Shown here: positions 12,906-25,645 of the stretch, piece by piece | Layout of the letters: every line of letters begins with the position of its first letter | How positions within the stretch are numbered: the stretch's first letter is position 1 | Assembly: GCF_026210795.1 (NCBI RefSeq) | Contig: NC_089434.1 | Span: 558,001 to 622,000 of the forward strand | Reading direction: 5' to 3' | Length of the DNA stretch: 64,000 nucleotides | Source: Rhizophagus irregularis | Taxonomy: Eukaryota | Notes under the pieces: generated by a model | What the model saw: the letters and a program-made list of their open reading frames with translations, nothing else | Database searches by the model: none | Told to the model about the DNA's origin: nothing | Made by a program: the position numbers and the translations under genes

Positions 12906-14095
12906 ATGACCGCTACTCTGTCAGTTATCACACTTGTAGTACGTTTAAGAGAATCCTCTCACACAGCATTTGGGGACGCTATCTATCGTGAGAAAGTTTC
13001 CAATGAAAATCCTGTTTTTGGATTCAAACAGTTTTCAAACGCGCTGCACGATTATAATGAGGCGTTTAAAGAAGGGGACTTAGTCCATTTTGGTGGAAAG
13101 TTCACTATTGATGACAATAAATTAATGGTAAGTAATTTTTGTATGTATCTAAGGAATAATGACATATAATAATTTTAATAATAATTTTATAATTTACTTA
13201 ATAATAATAATTATAAAAATGATAATAATCTAATAATAATAATTATAAAAATTTATAAAAATGATAATAATTTAAATAATTTTTTTAATATTAATTACAA
13301 ATATAATATTTTCATTTGTCTTTTTCATATAAACAGCTCTTAGTTGAAGCGGCATGTGTGCTAGAACCTCAATTAGGACGTAATGGAGAACGTTTGAAAT
13401 GGGAACCTGAAAAAATTCCATCAACAAAGCCGTTCGTTCATATCACTACTTCTGCTTGTGAACCATTGTCAACATCAAATAATATGAATTTTGTTAAAAC
13501 CAAATCGTTGATCTATTCACCATTTCATTCTGCTGCACGTTACATTAATTTTGAGATTGGATATTCAAGTGAATCAAAATGGCTTGAATATCTTTCTGAT
13601 AAATGGAGTGAATTTGCCAATTTTTTCGTCGCTGGATTTCTTGAGGCAATTTATACAGACGGATCAACAACATACGTACAGATAGATGCAAAGTTGATCG
13701 ATTATGATGTTCGATTTTGTACTTCAACTTCAAGTAACAATTACCAACCCTCACCACAAAGATCAACCACCAACACATTTGCTCAAAGGAGGAATAAATC
13801 AACTCCTAATTTACCAGTAAAAACACATATTACCCCAAAATCGGATTCAAATACCACAGAAATAGAAAATGCATATGAAGAAGAAAGTGATAATGATTCA
13901 GACAAAGAAGATACAGTAGGAACAAATCAATCTCCTATAGACCTGGTTATGATAGATGATAATACGCCTATTAATGCTAATAAAACTAAAAAACGCCAAT
14001 TATCTGATTTGTGTGATGGTGAAATTGATCAACCTATTAAACTGAAAAGAAGTTATAATAAAAAAGGAGGTCGTGGAGGACGCGGAAAGAAATAA
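12906..14095 (+). CDS. Two-exon hypothetical protein (~326 aa), probable tandem OB-fold ssDNA-binding-like domains with acidic then basic tail
   Basis: Exon 1 12906-13127 (donor GTAAGT) and exon 2 13337-14095 (acceptor AACAG) join in frame. Beta-rich segments FKEGDLVHFGGKF and ANFFVAGFLE resemble OB-fold strand motifs; tail ends KKGGRGGRGKK. The fold is inferred. Confidence 0.7.
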
Positions 14096-14859
14096 AAATT
14101 ATTTTGCGTATTATACAAATAATAAGAAAATATGTCAAAAATCATTTCCATAAATTATAGAAATTAAATCTTAAAGAAATTAGTAACAGAAAATTTAGTA
14201 TTATTCACAAGGATCCACATTTTTTTGTTAAAAAAATATTTTTTTTCTATAATAATTTGTTTCACTTCTTTTAAAAAAAGAATATACATATATTTTCTTA
14301 TATATAATAAAAACATAAAATTTATGATCTGAAATTATGATATAATGGTTTAATTTTATTAAAAAAAATAAATCTTTTTATAACGAGTGATTTCGTAACT
14401 AATTAATGTACACGTTAACATAATTATTTATGCTACACATAAATCTAATCTAAATTTATCAAAAAATTTTCTTAATACTGCTTAATACAGGTTAGAATTT
14501 TTGCCAATTTACTTTTAATTTATTCATAATTTTAATATTATTTTACAATTTTACAATTGTAATAGCAGGAGATATAATTTGGCCTATCGGTCATATATGT
14601 AATACGTATTACCAATTTAAATATAGGATTTCCGATTTTAATATTGCAACATGTGATCACGTATTACGGTTATTAACAAAGAATTTTTTTATTTTTTCAG
14701 CTGATTATTTTTTTGTCTTTTCGTTTACAAAAACCTAATAAAATAGAAGTAAAATTTTATTTTTTTTCCTTAAATATAAACAAACACATTTAAATTAAAT
14801 AACTCAGAATTTAAATATAAACAAATATTATAGTTTGTTTACACATATTTCAAATTATG

Positions 14860-16020
14860 GTTTGAGCATTTTGGCCAAAGTAAATCTTGCTCTTTAATTG
14901 AAAGTAGTTCAGCAAGTTTGAAGCTGTTAAGATATTAATCTACATGAAAGCACAGTTAATATTTTTGGAGTTATTTACATTTTTACATAATAGTACTAAG
15001 TTACAAAATTTTTTTTACCTTCAGAGCGTATTTTGGGCAGTTTAGTCAAAGTAAATCAACTTCTTATATTAATTGAAAGTTTTTTGGCGGGTCAAAATCT
15101 GCTTGGATATTAATTTTCATGAAGGTACAGTTAATACTTGAAGAGTTATTCACGTTTTTCACAATGGAATTTTATTTTTTCTATTTTATCACTTTAGAGC
15201 GTATTTTCGGCACTTTAGTCAAAGTAAATCGACTTCTTATATTAATTGAAAGTTGTTCAGCGAGTAATAATCTGTTCGAATATTGGTTTTCATGAAGGTA
15301 CAGTTAATACTTGAAGAGTTATTCACGTTTTTCACAACGGTACTCATTCACGAATTTTATTTTTTCCATTTTATCACTTCAGAGCGTATTTTGAGCACTT
15401 TAGACAAAGTAAATTGACTTCTTATATTAATTGAATGTTGTTCAGCAGGTGATAATCTACTTGGATATTAATTTTCACGAAGGTACAGTTAATACTTGAA
15501 GAATTATTCACGTTTTTCACAACACGAATTTTATTTTTTCCGTTTTGTCACTTCAGAGCGTATTTTGAGCATTTTAGTCAAAGTAAATTGACTTCTTATA
15601 TTAATTGAAAGTTTTTCAGTGGGTCATAATCTGCTTGGATATTAATTTTCATGAAGGTACAGTTAATACTTGAAGGGTTATTCACGTTTTTCACAACGAT
15701 ACTCATTCACGAATTTTATTTTTTCCGTTTTGTCACTTCAGAGCATATTTTGAGCATTTTAGTCAAAGTAAATTGACTTCTTATATTAATTGAAAGTTTT
15801 TCAGTGGGTCATAATCTGCTTGGATATTAATTTTCATGAAGGTACAGTTAATACTTGAAGGGTTATTCACGTTTTTCACAACGGTACTCATTCATGAATT
15901 TTATTTTTTCTGTTTTGTCACTTCAGAACGTATTTTGAACATTTTGGTCAAAGGAAATCGACTTCTTTTATTAATTAAAAGTTGTTTAGCAGTTAAAATC
16001 CAATTTTCATGAAAATGCAG
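14860..16020. repeat. Tandem satellite array, 173-185-bp unit (~6.5 units), homologous to the 172-bp array
   Basis: Anchor AGAGCGTATTTT (or one-base variants) at 15023, 15196, 15381, 15555, 15740 and 15925. Shares TTAATTGAAAGTTGTTCAG and ATATTAATTTTCATGAA blocks with the first array. Confidence 0.93.
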
Positions 16021-16312
16021 TGGAGTAATTTATATTTTTTATGATCATACTATACTGAATTGCAAATAAATTTACATTCTTTAATGTATTTTTAAAATTT
16101 AAATTTTTATTTAATATTACTTAATAAATAAGGTTGCTTGCCGAAACTAGAGGGTTTCGGCAATACTTTCTATATGATTTAATTAGAGTTTCAGCATTTA
16201 AACAATTTATAAGAATAAAGACAATATGATTTTTTGTATGTAAATATTTATTTTATAATATTTAATATTAAACTAATAAAATATACGATTAAAAATATAA
16301 TAAAAATTAAAA

Positions 16313-16975
16313 TTATCTTCTATGTGGGGACCTGCTTCTACCTCTTCTTCTATCTCTACTTCTGTCCCGTCTTCTATCTCTACCTCTATCTCGTCTTCTA
16401 TCTCTACTTCTTGATCTACTTCTTGATCGAGACCTTGATCGAGACCTAGATCGCGACCTCCTTCTTTCCCTTCGCAATCTATATTCATATCGACGTCGAT
16501 CATGCGCAGCATGCCGCTGTCGATACTCTCGTCTAAACAGATCTAAAATCCAATAAAAATATTAATGAATTGAATGAATTGCCTAAATAAAATTAATTTA
16601 AAATAATAATTAATAATAATTACCGGTTTGTAACCAGAATTCATCGTTCATATCGGCAAAACACGCTCTATCGAAACTATTTGGGCTTGTAATAGGAATG
16701 CCGTCATCATTATTATTTATTATTCTACTGAGGTTTTCATAACCTCGTTTGAGGGCATTCCATTTTGTATAGCACTGCCTGGGTGTCGCTGCAAATCCCG
16801 TTGCAGCGAACACCCTATTTGCTATTATTGTCCATGCATTAACATAGTAGCGGTTTGCAATTCTTTCGAATTGCTGATGTAAGTTTCTTCGCTCCGCAAT
16901 TAACTGCCTAGCAGCATTAATCGTCCATTGGAATACTGGTGGTGGCGGTGGAACAAAAGGTACTAATGCTGCCAT
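16313..16975 (-). CDS. Myb/SANT-like (trihelix) DNA-binding protein with C-terminal RS/RD-rich tail (~193 aa, 2 exons)
   Basis: Pattern W...LIAERR...F...AWTIIANRV...TPRQCYTKWNALKRGY. Exon 1 16975-16624, intron GTAATT..TTAG, exon 2 16542-16313 encoding DLFRREYR...RSRSRSRSRSRSRSRDRRRDRGRDRRR...RSRSPHRR-stop. Confidence 0.78.
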
Positions 16976-18432
16976 TTTTTATTTTTTATGATTTTTTTGT
17001 AACTTGAAAATTAAATACAATTTGAAAATTAAAATACAATTTGGTTTTGAATTGCGAAAAAAAAATTCAAATTTCATAATATTTATAATAATTTTAAAAT
17101 TCGTTATAATGTTTAAAACATGAACTGATGAACATAATAACATTCTACATAATTAAAGTATTTGTAACAAAATAAACACAGTTTTGATTCTAATGTAATA
17201 AATTTAATTAACGCAGTTCTAAATTTTTTTTTGTAATGCAGTTCTTAAAATTTATTGATCTAATGTAATAAATTTAATTAACGAAGTCCTTAAAACTTAT
17301 TGATTCTAATATAATATGCTTATCCTTATTCCTTAATTAAATTGCACTATTTTTAAAATATAATATGCTTATCCTTATTCCTTAATTAAATTGCAATGTT
17401 TTAAAATATAATATAAAATTACAATTGCCTGCATTGCCTGCATAATTATATGTTAACTGGACTTTGATCACGAATATTTTGCCCTGCATAATTACATCAT
17501 TTATTTCCTAAATAGTATCATTATTTAAATCACATGATATTAGAATTAATTCTCATTGGATTAACTATTGTAATTATTTCTCATTATTATTATTCCTCAC
17601 TATCATCATAATTATCGTCATTAACACTTTTATTAATAGAAAATTTAAAAACAAATTTTTATAGTGATAAAAAAATTATTAAAAATACTAAATAAATAAA
17701 AGAATTACAATGATGGAAAAAAAAATGACTGACTGAAAAAGGAATAATATTCATTTAAAAAAAATTTGTAATTACAAAAACTGAAAATAACTGGATAGCT
17801 GCATCAGGACCCCGAACAATACATATAAAGGTCACATTAAAATCAAAATTTTTTACTATGATCAATAAGCAAATGATTTTGGATTCTATCTCGCCAATTA
17901 TAAGTGATCTACCTACTACTAATTTGTGATACTACAGACATCCCTCGCGCTCAAATTTTGTGTTCTTACAAATCTCTCCTTATAAATTCATTTGATAGAT
18001 TTCTATTATTGGGGCTTTAAAAGTTCCTTTCATTATTTTACATAATTTACAATTATAGGTTAAATTATTGAAATCAGTATCTTAATTTTTAAAATTAAAT
18101 AATCCTAATTATTTCTAAAAATAAATTAATGGTCGCGACTTATTAATTTTATTATTTTAACTCCTTAAATTAACTTATCGAGTATTACTATTTTTAGACT
18201 ATTTTCCTTTGTTCTGAAAATAATTTTTCTGATATGATTTTCCTTTTCCAGAATTTTCCCTCATGTAACATTTATCCTTTTATTTGTTTTGCTAATTTTT
18301 ACATGTTTACGCGTCACATCTCTTCATTATATAAGTATCTTCATTTTTCCTTCCTTTCTTGTTTTTACTTAATATTTTTCAAAATTTTCCTTCACTACAC
18401 CTTTACTACACATCTATTTGTTCCTTCTCAAA

Positions 18433-19362
18433 ATGGTTGCCACTAGGAAATTTACCACCACTTCTGCTTTAATTGCTGCTCGTCCTTCTACTACTGCTGC
18501 TCGTCCTTCTACTGCTGCTCGTCCTTCTACTGCTGCTCGTCCTTCTACTGCTGCTCGTCCTTCTACTGCTGCTCGTCCTTCTACTACTGCTGCTGCATCA
18601 AATAAGAAATGCTGTCGACGTTCTGCCACCTCTAACCGAAAATCTAAAAATCGCTTGAAGGCTTTGAAAGCTGCCAGAAAACCAAAGGTTCAACTTCTTG
18701 AAGGTGGGTATTGTACGCAAGGTTTACTAAATGATCTTAAAAGAGGTTGCCTGCAGACAGTATATTCGTATTCTCAGGGCATGGTTCTTGACGGTTCATT
18801 ACCTGTAGACGGAGTATTCATATTTCCAGTGTCCAGTTCTTAAAAGGATTTTACCTTCTGCAGATCTTTTCTAAACTATCGACTTTATCCACTTAGTTCT
18901 CGAACTAACTATCCAATTATTATCATATACACATATATACATATATTTTTTTTTAATTTAATTCAGAGGAACTTGAAAGTTGTTGTCGTCATCTTAATCA
19001 TATTCAGAAACAACTTAATGAGGCACAAGACTCCCTTCATGACAGTATTAAACTAAGGTCTCAGCTGGAAGATGATCTGACTATTGCACGATCAAAAATA
19101 TTAGACCTTGAAGATGAATTAACGAAGCAGCGAAAAGAACAGAGAATGTTGGGTAAAAAGTATATGGAACTAAAAGGTATATTTCAATATTATATCTTTC
19201 AACTATTATTATATATTATTTCTTTAATTAAAAATTTTATTAGAAGAGAATTATACCATTAAAACTCGTCAACTTCGTTCTCATTCTACTACTCCCGCTA
19301 CTCCTATACCATCACAACTGACTAAAAGTAAATCTAAAAAGAAAGTAAAATTTGCCACTTGA
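18433..19362 (+). CDS. Three-exon hypothetical protein: AARPST repeats, basic stretch, coiled coil
   Basis: Exons 18433-18703, 18967-19176 and 19244-19362 join in phase at GT-AG sites. The middle exon is heptad-like (LNHIQKQLNEAQDSLHDSIKLRSQLEDDLTIARSKILDLEDELTKQ); the protein ends KSKKKVKFAT. Confidence 0.6.
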
Positions 19363-20290
19363 TTTCTGTATTTTGGAAAGGCTTTTATTTCTTCTTTTTT
19401 TAGGTTTATGGATGATTCTTGGACAATTATTCATGGTAGGTTTATTTGTGTGGGTGTTAATGGTGACGTTATTAAACTACATTAACATCCCTTTTTTTAT
19501 TTTTAGATTCCCAGATAATTTTAAACAACATTCTTCATGGTAGATCCTTTGCATGGTGTTTAATGGTGTATTGTTTAATAATATTAATGCCTTTTTTTAT
19601 TTTTTTTAGATTTTTGGATGGTGTCAATAAATTTTTTGGATAATTATGTGATGGTTTTAATGGTAGTACTAACCCCATTATTTACTTTGTTTTCTAGGAT
19701 TTTATTATGGTACGTAGGTTTTTTATTAAATTGGGTGATAATGGTGCCATTAAACAAAACTAATAATGCCTTCTTATTTTTGTAGCGTTTTTTGGATAGG
19801 AAACGCAAATGACATTAGACGCGATGAGATATCAAAGACATCTGAGACGTATTAGAAGTTTTTTGTTGGAATCGAACCAACTGGAAAAATGTTCCAAACC
19901 ATTAACAACATTTATAATTTAGAAAGATAAAATATTAATGTAACACATATAATAAATATCTAGTTTTAAGCAAATAAAATAAATAAATGATGTTTATTAA
20001 TAAATAATAATATACAATACACATAAAAATCAGTAAAATATCGGGATATATCAGGATATATTATCAATGAAACATTGTATTTTGATAATATACGGCAATA
20101 ATTGAAAGTGCGAAAATTATTAGTACTCCATAAGTATTGCTCCGATTACTATGAAAATTTACGTGCAGGTAGATTCGACATCGCCGAACAACATTACTTA
20201 AACTTGAAAAGGCGATTACATTTGACTAAAATGCATTCCGAGCGTACCGACGTTAGTAAAAAAATAAAAAAATAAAAAAATAAAGTAATA

Positions 20291-23200
20291 CTAGTTGTAG
20301 CCCGCTGCTTCGCATCGGGTGATTCGATTCGGGTGGTACAAAAATCAATAAATTGAAACAATAAACGTAACTAAAAAAAAATTCGTATACATAGTATACA
20401 CATGACAATGATAATCTTCATACATACACATGACAAAGATAATCAAAGAATGAAAAAAAAAATTCGTTTTAACTTGTACAAATTCATACATGGGCTCACT
20501 TTTTACACAATAAATAATTTATTTCTTTGCAAATTATCGTAAAAGAGAAGAGTAAAAAGTTTATATTACAATATTATGCAAACACATACAAAATTCTAAG
20601 CAAAAACTTCCTTATAAACCACATTCCTTGTCCATCCTTTCTGAGATTTCACACAACCGTTGTCTATAAGAACTTTAATGTTCTGATATGAAGTAATTCT
20701 CGACAAAGCAACATACAGTTGGCCATGAGAAAAAACCGGTTGCGGCAAATAAAGACCAACACGGCTTAAGGTTTGACCCTGAGCTTTGTTAATAGTTAGA
20801 GAAAAAGCCACACGAATGGGAAACTGACGTCAGTTCAGAATAAAAGGCAAGTTGCTGTCAGAAGGGCTTAGTGTCATTCGAGGGATAAAAACACGGCTGC
20901 CAACATGAGAGCCAGAGATAATTTCAGCCTCAATTACTTTGTTCTGAAGAGCTCGACATATCATCCTAGTTCCATTATACAGACCTTGAGAAGGGGCAAG
21001 GTTTCGTAATAGAATAATTGGTGCACCCACCTTCAACTTCAATTCACCAGGAGGAATATCAGGAATTTTTAAGGATCTTAAAAACTCAGGTGAATATACT
21101 TGAGGTTGGGATGTATTGCCATCTTCAGATAAATCTACAGAGTCAGCACTGGGATAGATAGTAAAATCACCAGGTAATCGATCTAACACCAGTTCTGAAA
21201 TTTTTTCAACATCAACATTTTTAGGTGTCAAGATGGCTTTTCCGACCATATAATCCACATTTTCATAATTCTCAATCAAGTGTGGATAAACAAAATCGAT
21301 AAGCGCTGGTAAACCTCCTTTAGTCATCACCAAGTCCAAAGGGAGATTTATACTATCTTCTGTACCAGGAACAATGGAATTATTATCATCTCCAATATCC
21401 AAAAGAAATTTGGCAAATTTCTTTTGCTTTATGGTCTCCTGTGGATCAAGATCTTGACTAAGTCTCATATTAATAGATAATTTCATAACTTTCAAGTGTT
21501 TCCATAAAAAAGAGTGAGTCAAGCATGATGAGACAACATCAGCTCGAAGGGAACGTGGTATGACTGGTAAAACCTGCCTAAAATCACCACCAAATACGAA
21601 AACTTTTCCACCAAAAGGCTTATCAACGCAAGTGATATCACGTAAAGTCCTATCCACAGCTTCAAACGCGAACTTATGTAGCATTGGAGCTTCATCCCAG
21701 ATGAAAAGCTTAGCTGCATTAATTAAACGGGCTTCTCTACTTCCACGGGAAATGTTGCAGGTTGAAAGTTCATCTAATTTTAGAGGAATTCTAAAGCGTG
21801 AATGGGCGGTTCTCCCACCATCAATCAAAAGTGCCGAAATCCCTGAAGAAGCTACAGCCAATGCGATTTCTCCACGGGATCTAACAGTTGCCAGCAACGT
21901 ATTATACAAAAAAGTCTTACCGGTACCACCAGGACCATCAACAAAGAAGCAGTTACACGTATCATTAATAGAAGACAAAACAGCATCATAAATAGCTCGC
22001 TGGTCTTTATTCAGCAAAGGAACATTCTGATTTAATGCACTTTGCAATAGTGTAACATCATATGACATTTCTTCTCGAATCAGTTGATTTAACGCATCAG
22101 GACCATCAAGAAATGCAGATCCTCCCAAAAAAAGAGGCATATCAGGAAAATCTTTTAAAGATTTCGCATTCAACTGCAAGTAAGATTCCAATTGTCTCAA
22201 CGCTTCCTGTTCAACTGCATCATTTACATCACTATAAAGATCACGATTTTGATATAAAATGTCTTCACAAAGAGCAACTTTATGATTATTCCACAGAATT
22301 TCAGGTGCAGCGGGCTGACAAAAGATAAGAATGGTCGCAAAAAGGAGACGTAATTGTTGACCCATTCTCATACAACATGCTTCTCTCAAACAGACATCCC
22401 ATTCGGTATCATCTTGAAGAAGGCCCAAACGAATACAGGCTTCCTTAAAACTTCCACATACATGACCTTCAACTGTCTTCAAGTCATCAAAACTGGAAGC
22501 ACCTCTTACATGAGTAAGCAACATTCGCAAATAATAACGTTTACCTTCTGAAGGTTGCACCATGTACAGTCTCCCAATCGTACTCGTAGCAGTTTTTCGT
22601 ATATTCCACTTATGATTGGTTGAATTCCAAGTATAATAAAGTGGAAAATCAACATATCTGTAATTATGAGCAGCAGGATTCTTAGCATTTTCTTGAAACC
22701 AAGCAACTAAGGTAGTTACATGAGAGTCAGCATGATCTAAAACTTGCTGCAATTTATCATCATCACGGAAAGTAATAAGCTGCTTCTCAGGAAGATGAAT
22801 CGCCAACCTTTGAACACTTGGAGAACGGCCATGCATCCTGTAATGAAAAATTCTCCAAATTGCCTCCGAAGACGAAATGTATCTCGTGTCAAGATACATC
22901 TTTATCTCATCAACGGGTTCTTTAACAGGTGATCGCAGTTCGCTAGCACTGTCAGGTCGTGAAAGCGCAACAGTAGCTCGATCGTGACCTTTGTATACGT
23001 ATTTATATAGGTATTTAATAGCTAAAACTGAATTACAGATTTCAACGTTGATATGGGCGTCATATTTTTCTACCAATTCAACATTGTGAGGAACCACCCA
23101 TCGGTTATCTAAACGGATGCCACGCCTAACTTCAACAAAAGAACCATTATCACGCCTACGGTAAAGAGGATATCCGTCACAATTGTCCTGTGTGGAGGAT

Positions 23201-25645
23201 TGAAAAGATTTCGGATAATGCTTCTGGCAGAAACCATCCTTCATACACGGAGCCGAAGGATTAAGCACACCACACAGACCATGCATCATAGACAATATAA
23301 CGGTCTCGTAAGCAAGAGGGTGAACATTAGGATCAGGGATTTCTGCAGAAACAATTGCATCATAATCTTCCGCAGAATGAAGCTTTGAATCTTGCGAAAG
23401 AATTAGGAGAATATGAGCATGCGGTAAGCCGCGTTTCTGAAATTCGATTACGTAAACAAACGCGGCAACTTTACCGAGGCAGTGTTTTTCACATAAATCC
23501 TTTAACAATTCTCGTAGTTTCATATGAAAAACACGTGCCGTCAAGTCAGGTCTATCCACGGCAGTTTGATGTGGCAACAATTCTCTTGTAACCTCTTGCC
23601 ACTTGGGATTACATGTGAAGGTGACAAAAAGGTCAGGCTTTCCAAAGTGACTCACGATGGCCATAGCATCTTGATAGAGTTGGTACATCTGACGCGGACC
23701 ACCAATAAACGTTGAAGGAAGAATTATCCGACGTCCAATATTCTGTCCAATGTCTCCAGCATCTCTATCATCAGCATCTCTGTCATCAGCATGTATGGCA
23801 TCAGCAATTCCTTTATACAAATCCAAGCGAAGGGATGATTGATTAAATCTGAGATAATTCAAACGATGCTGTTCTATCTTTGAATACTGGTCTACAACAT
23901 ACTGCTGATACAAACGGCCAGCACGTTGCAAGCAATTACCGGGTCTAATCTGTAACCTATAAGAATAGAATTGCATAGGAGTCACCGTATCTCTTTGAGT
24001 ATTTATTCGAGTGTTATCTGCAAGCAGTATATCAAGATGCCATCCATCATCACCGTTTGGGAACAGCAGCACGTATTGAAGAGGATCATAGGAAGGATGC
24101 AATTCGGATATTCTTTGTAAAGTCCCATCACGGAGGTTAAGAACAATATCTCGATTAGAAGGTTCAACTTCATAACCATCACCAACTATGATCGCAGCAA
24201 CATCAGAAGCAGCAGGAGCATTATAGCGGCGGGCATCATTAGAACGATCACAAAAAATTCGCATCGAAATTTCAGCTGAATCAGCATCATTTTGAAGCAA
24301 ATCTCTTACTTGACGAAAATTCTGGATATAAGGGTTAGAAGTATCCAACATATTCTGCAAATTCTGCAACATTTCGGCATTCAGATCACGCATAACATGA
24401 AGGCGATTGCTATTTTCATGATCGGTGTCATAGATATAGAGCTGAACAAATACCGGTTTCTGTCCTTCATCCGGCATCAAAGATCCTACGCGATGATAAA
24501 TTTGCCCATGGATTTTAAAATTCGAGACACCTTGACCTTGAAAGCTTTCGTCAATATTAGCACCAAAAGAGGTGCATGCCAAAATTCCGTTATAAGCTCT
24601 GATGTTTTTACGAAAACTTATTGCTTCGGAACAGGAGGAAGTATATAAATCAAGTAGATAAGGAGGAGGATCAAGCACAGGAGCTAAACGGACCTTGCCA
24701 CCCGCACAACACATAGCAAACCTAGGAGAAGATAGGCTGCTGTTCCGATCCTTCTCACACAACCAAAATCTCACGCCACAGTGTAAACACGTTTGATCGA
24801 TGATTCCCAGATCAAGACGCCCTCCATCAAATCTCCTTTGTCGGTGACGTTCAACTCTCTCTTTTTGCAGTCTTCTTTTACGTGATACAGGAGTCTCGCT
24901 TGTAGAAGGCATATTGGAGCAGTTAAAGAAAGATTAGCGTCAAGGACAAAAGATAAGACGACATCGTGCAAATTGGGCAGCAACGCGCATAAATTAGCAT
25001 ATGAACACGCGAAGAAAAAGGAAATCAGGGTATCAGCACAACGGCATGGGGGAAGAATACAACAAAACGAAGGATTAGATAATTAAAGCAATATTTTTTT
25101 TCGGATTACATTGGAAAAAGTATTTTTTTCAAACAACTTTATTATAATCAAATTAAAATTTATTTAAAAAATCATCTTTTTTAAACAACTCTATTATAAT
25201 AAGATTTGAAAAACATTAAAATAATCATTAACTACAAAACCGGTAAATCAACAATTTATACAATGTTATACACTTATAAATAAGAAATAATTAATTTATC
25301 AATGTTATTACTTAAAATATGTTTAAGGAACAGATAACGTTAACTACTCTTCTAGAAATAAAAAAAAATAAAATAAAATAAAAAATTACTTTTAAAATGT
25401 TTATTTTTTACAAAAGGAACGTTTATTTTTTACAAAAGCAATGCGAATTAATACAAAATGAATATACATACAAACAAAACTCAACTAATCAGGTTTATTA
25501 AAAAAAAGACGCGAAAGTAGTTAAAAAACGTGACCAAAAGCGCGATGACGAAACAAAGAAAATGGCGTCAACAAAGGGGGTAACACAACTGTATAATTAT
25601 TTATACAGGTAATCTAAACGTTACAAATTTTTTTAATTATATAGA
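20291..25645 (-). mobile_element. Full-length canonical Helitron (Helitron1)
   Basis: Minus strand 5' A|TCTATATAATTAAAA at 25645. 3' hairpin CCCGATGCGAAGCAGCGGG then CTACAACTAG|T at 20291. AT target, no TSD, internal RepHel. Confidence 0.88.
20596..24912 (-). pseudogene. Helitron RepHel (HUH endonuclease + Pif1-family helicase) with a single premature stop
   Basis: Rep motifs FVTFTCNPKW, EFQKRGLPHAH, YLYKYVYKG. Helicase motifs [44 protein letters not shown]. An in-frame TGA at 20830-20832 replaces the first R of RRQFP; readthrough gives 1438 aa. Confidence 0.93.

Larger units (their letters stand above)
11711..16173 (+). mobile_element. Putative non-autonomous Helitron carrying an OB-fold-like gene and a satellite
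   Basis: 5' A|TCTTATATAACTTTATATG immediately followed by a microsatellite, a layout common in Helitron 5' ends. 3' perfect 10-bp stem TTGCCGAAAC/GTTTCGGCAA (16138-16163) followed by TACTTTCTAT (CTAT rather than CTRR). Confidence 0.55.

Noticed and set aside
17760..18033. Possible small decayed minus-strand gene between the Myb/SANT and coiled-coil genes
   Set aside because: It requires several stop repairs and frameshifts and shows no recognisable motif, including no Harbinger DDE motif.
21519..24983. Short ORFs overlapping the canonical RepHel in other frames or strands
   Set aside because: Shadow ORFs of a long, relatively GC-rich coding sequence.
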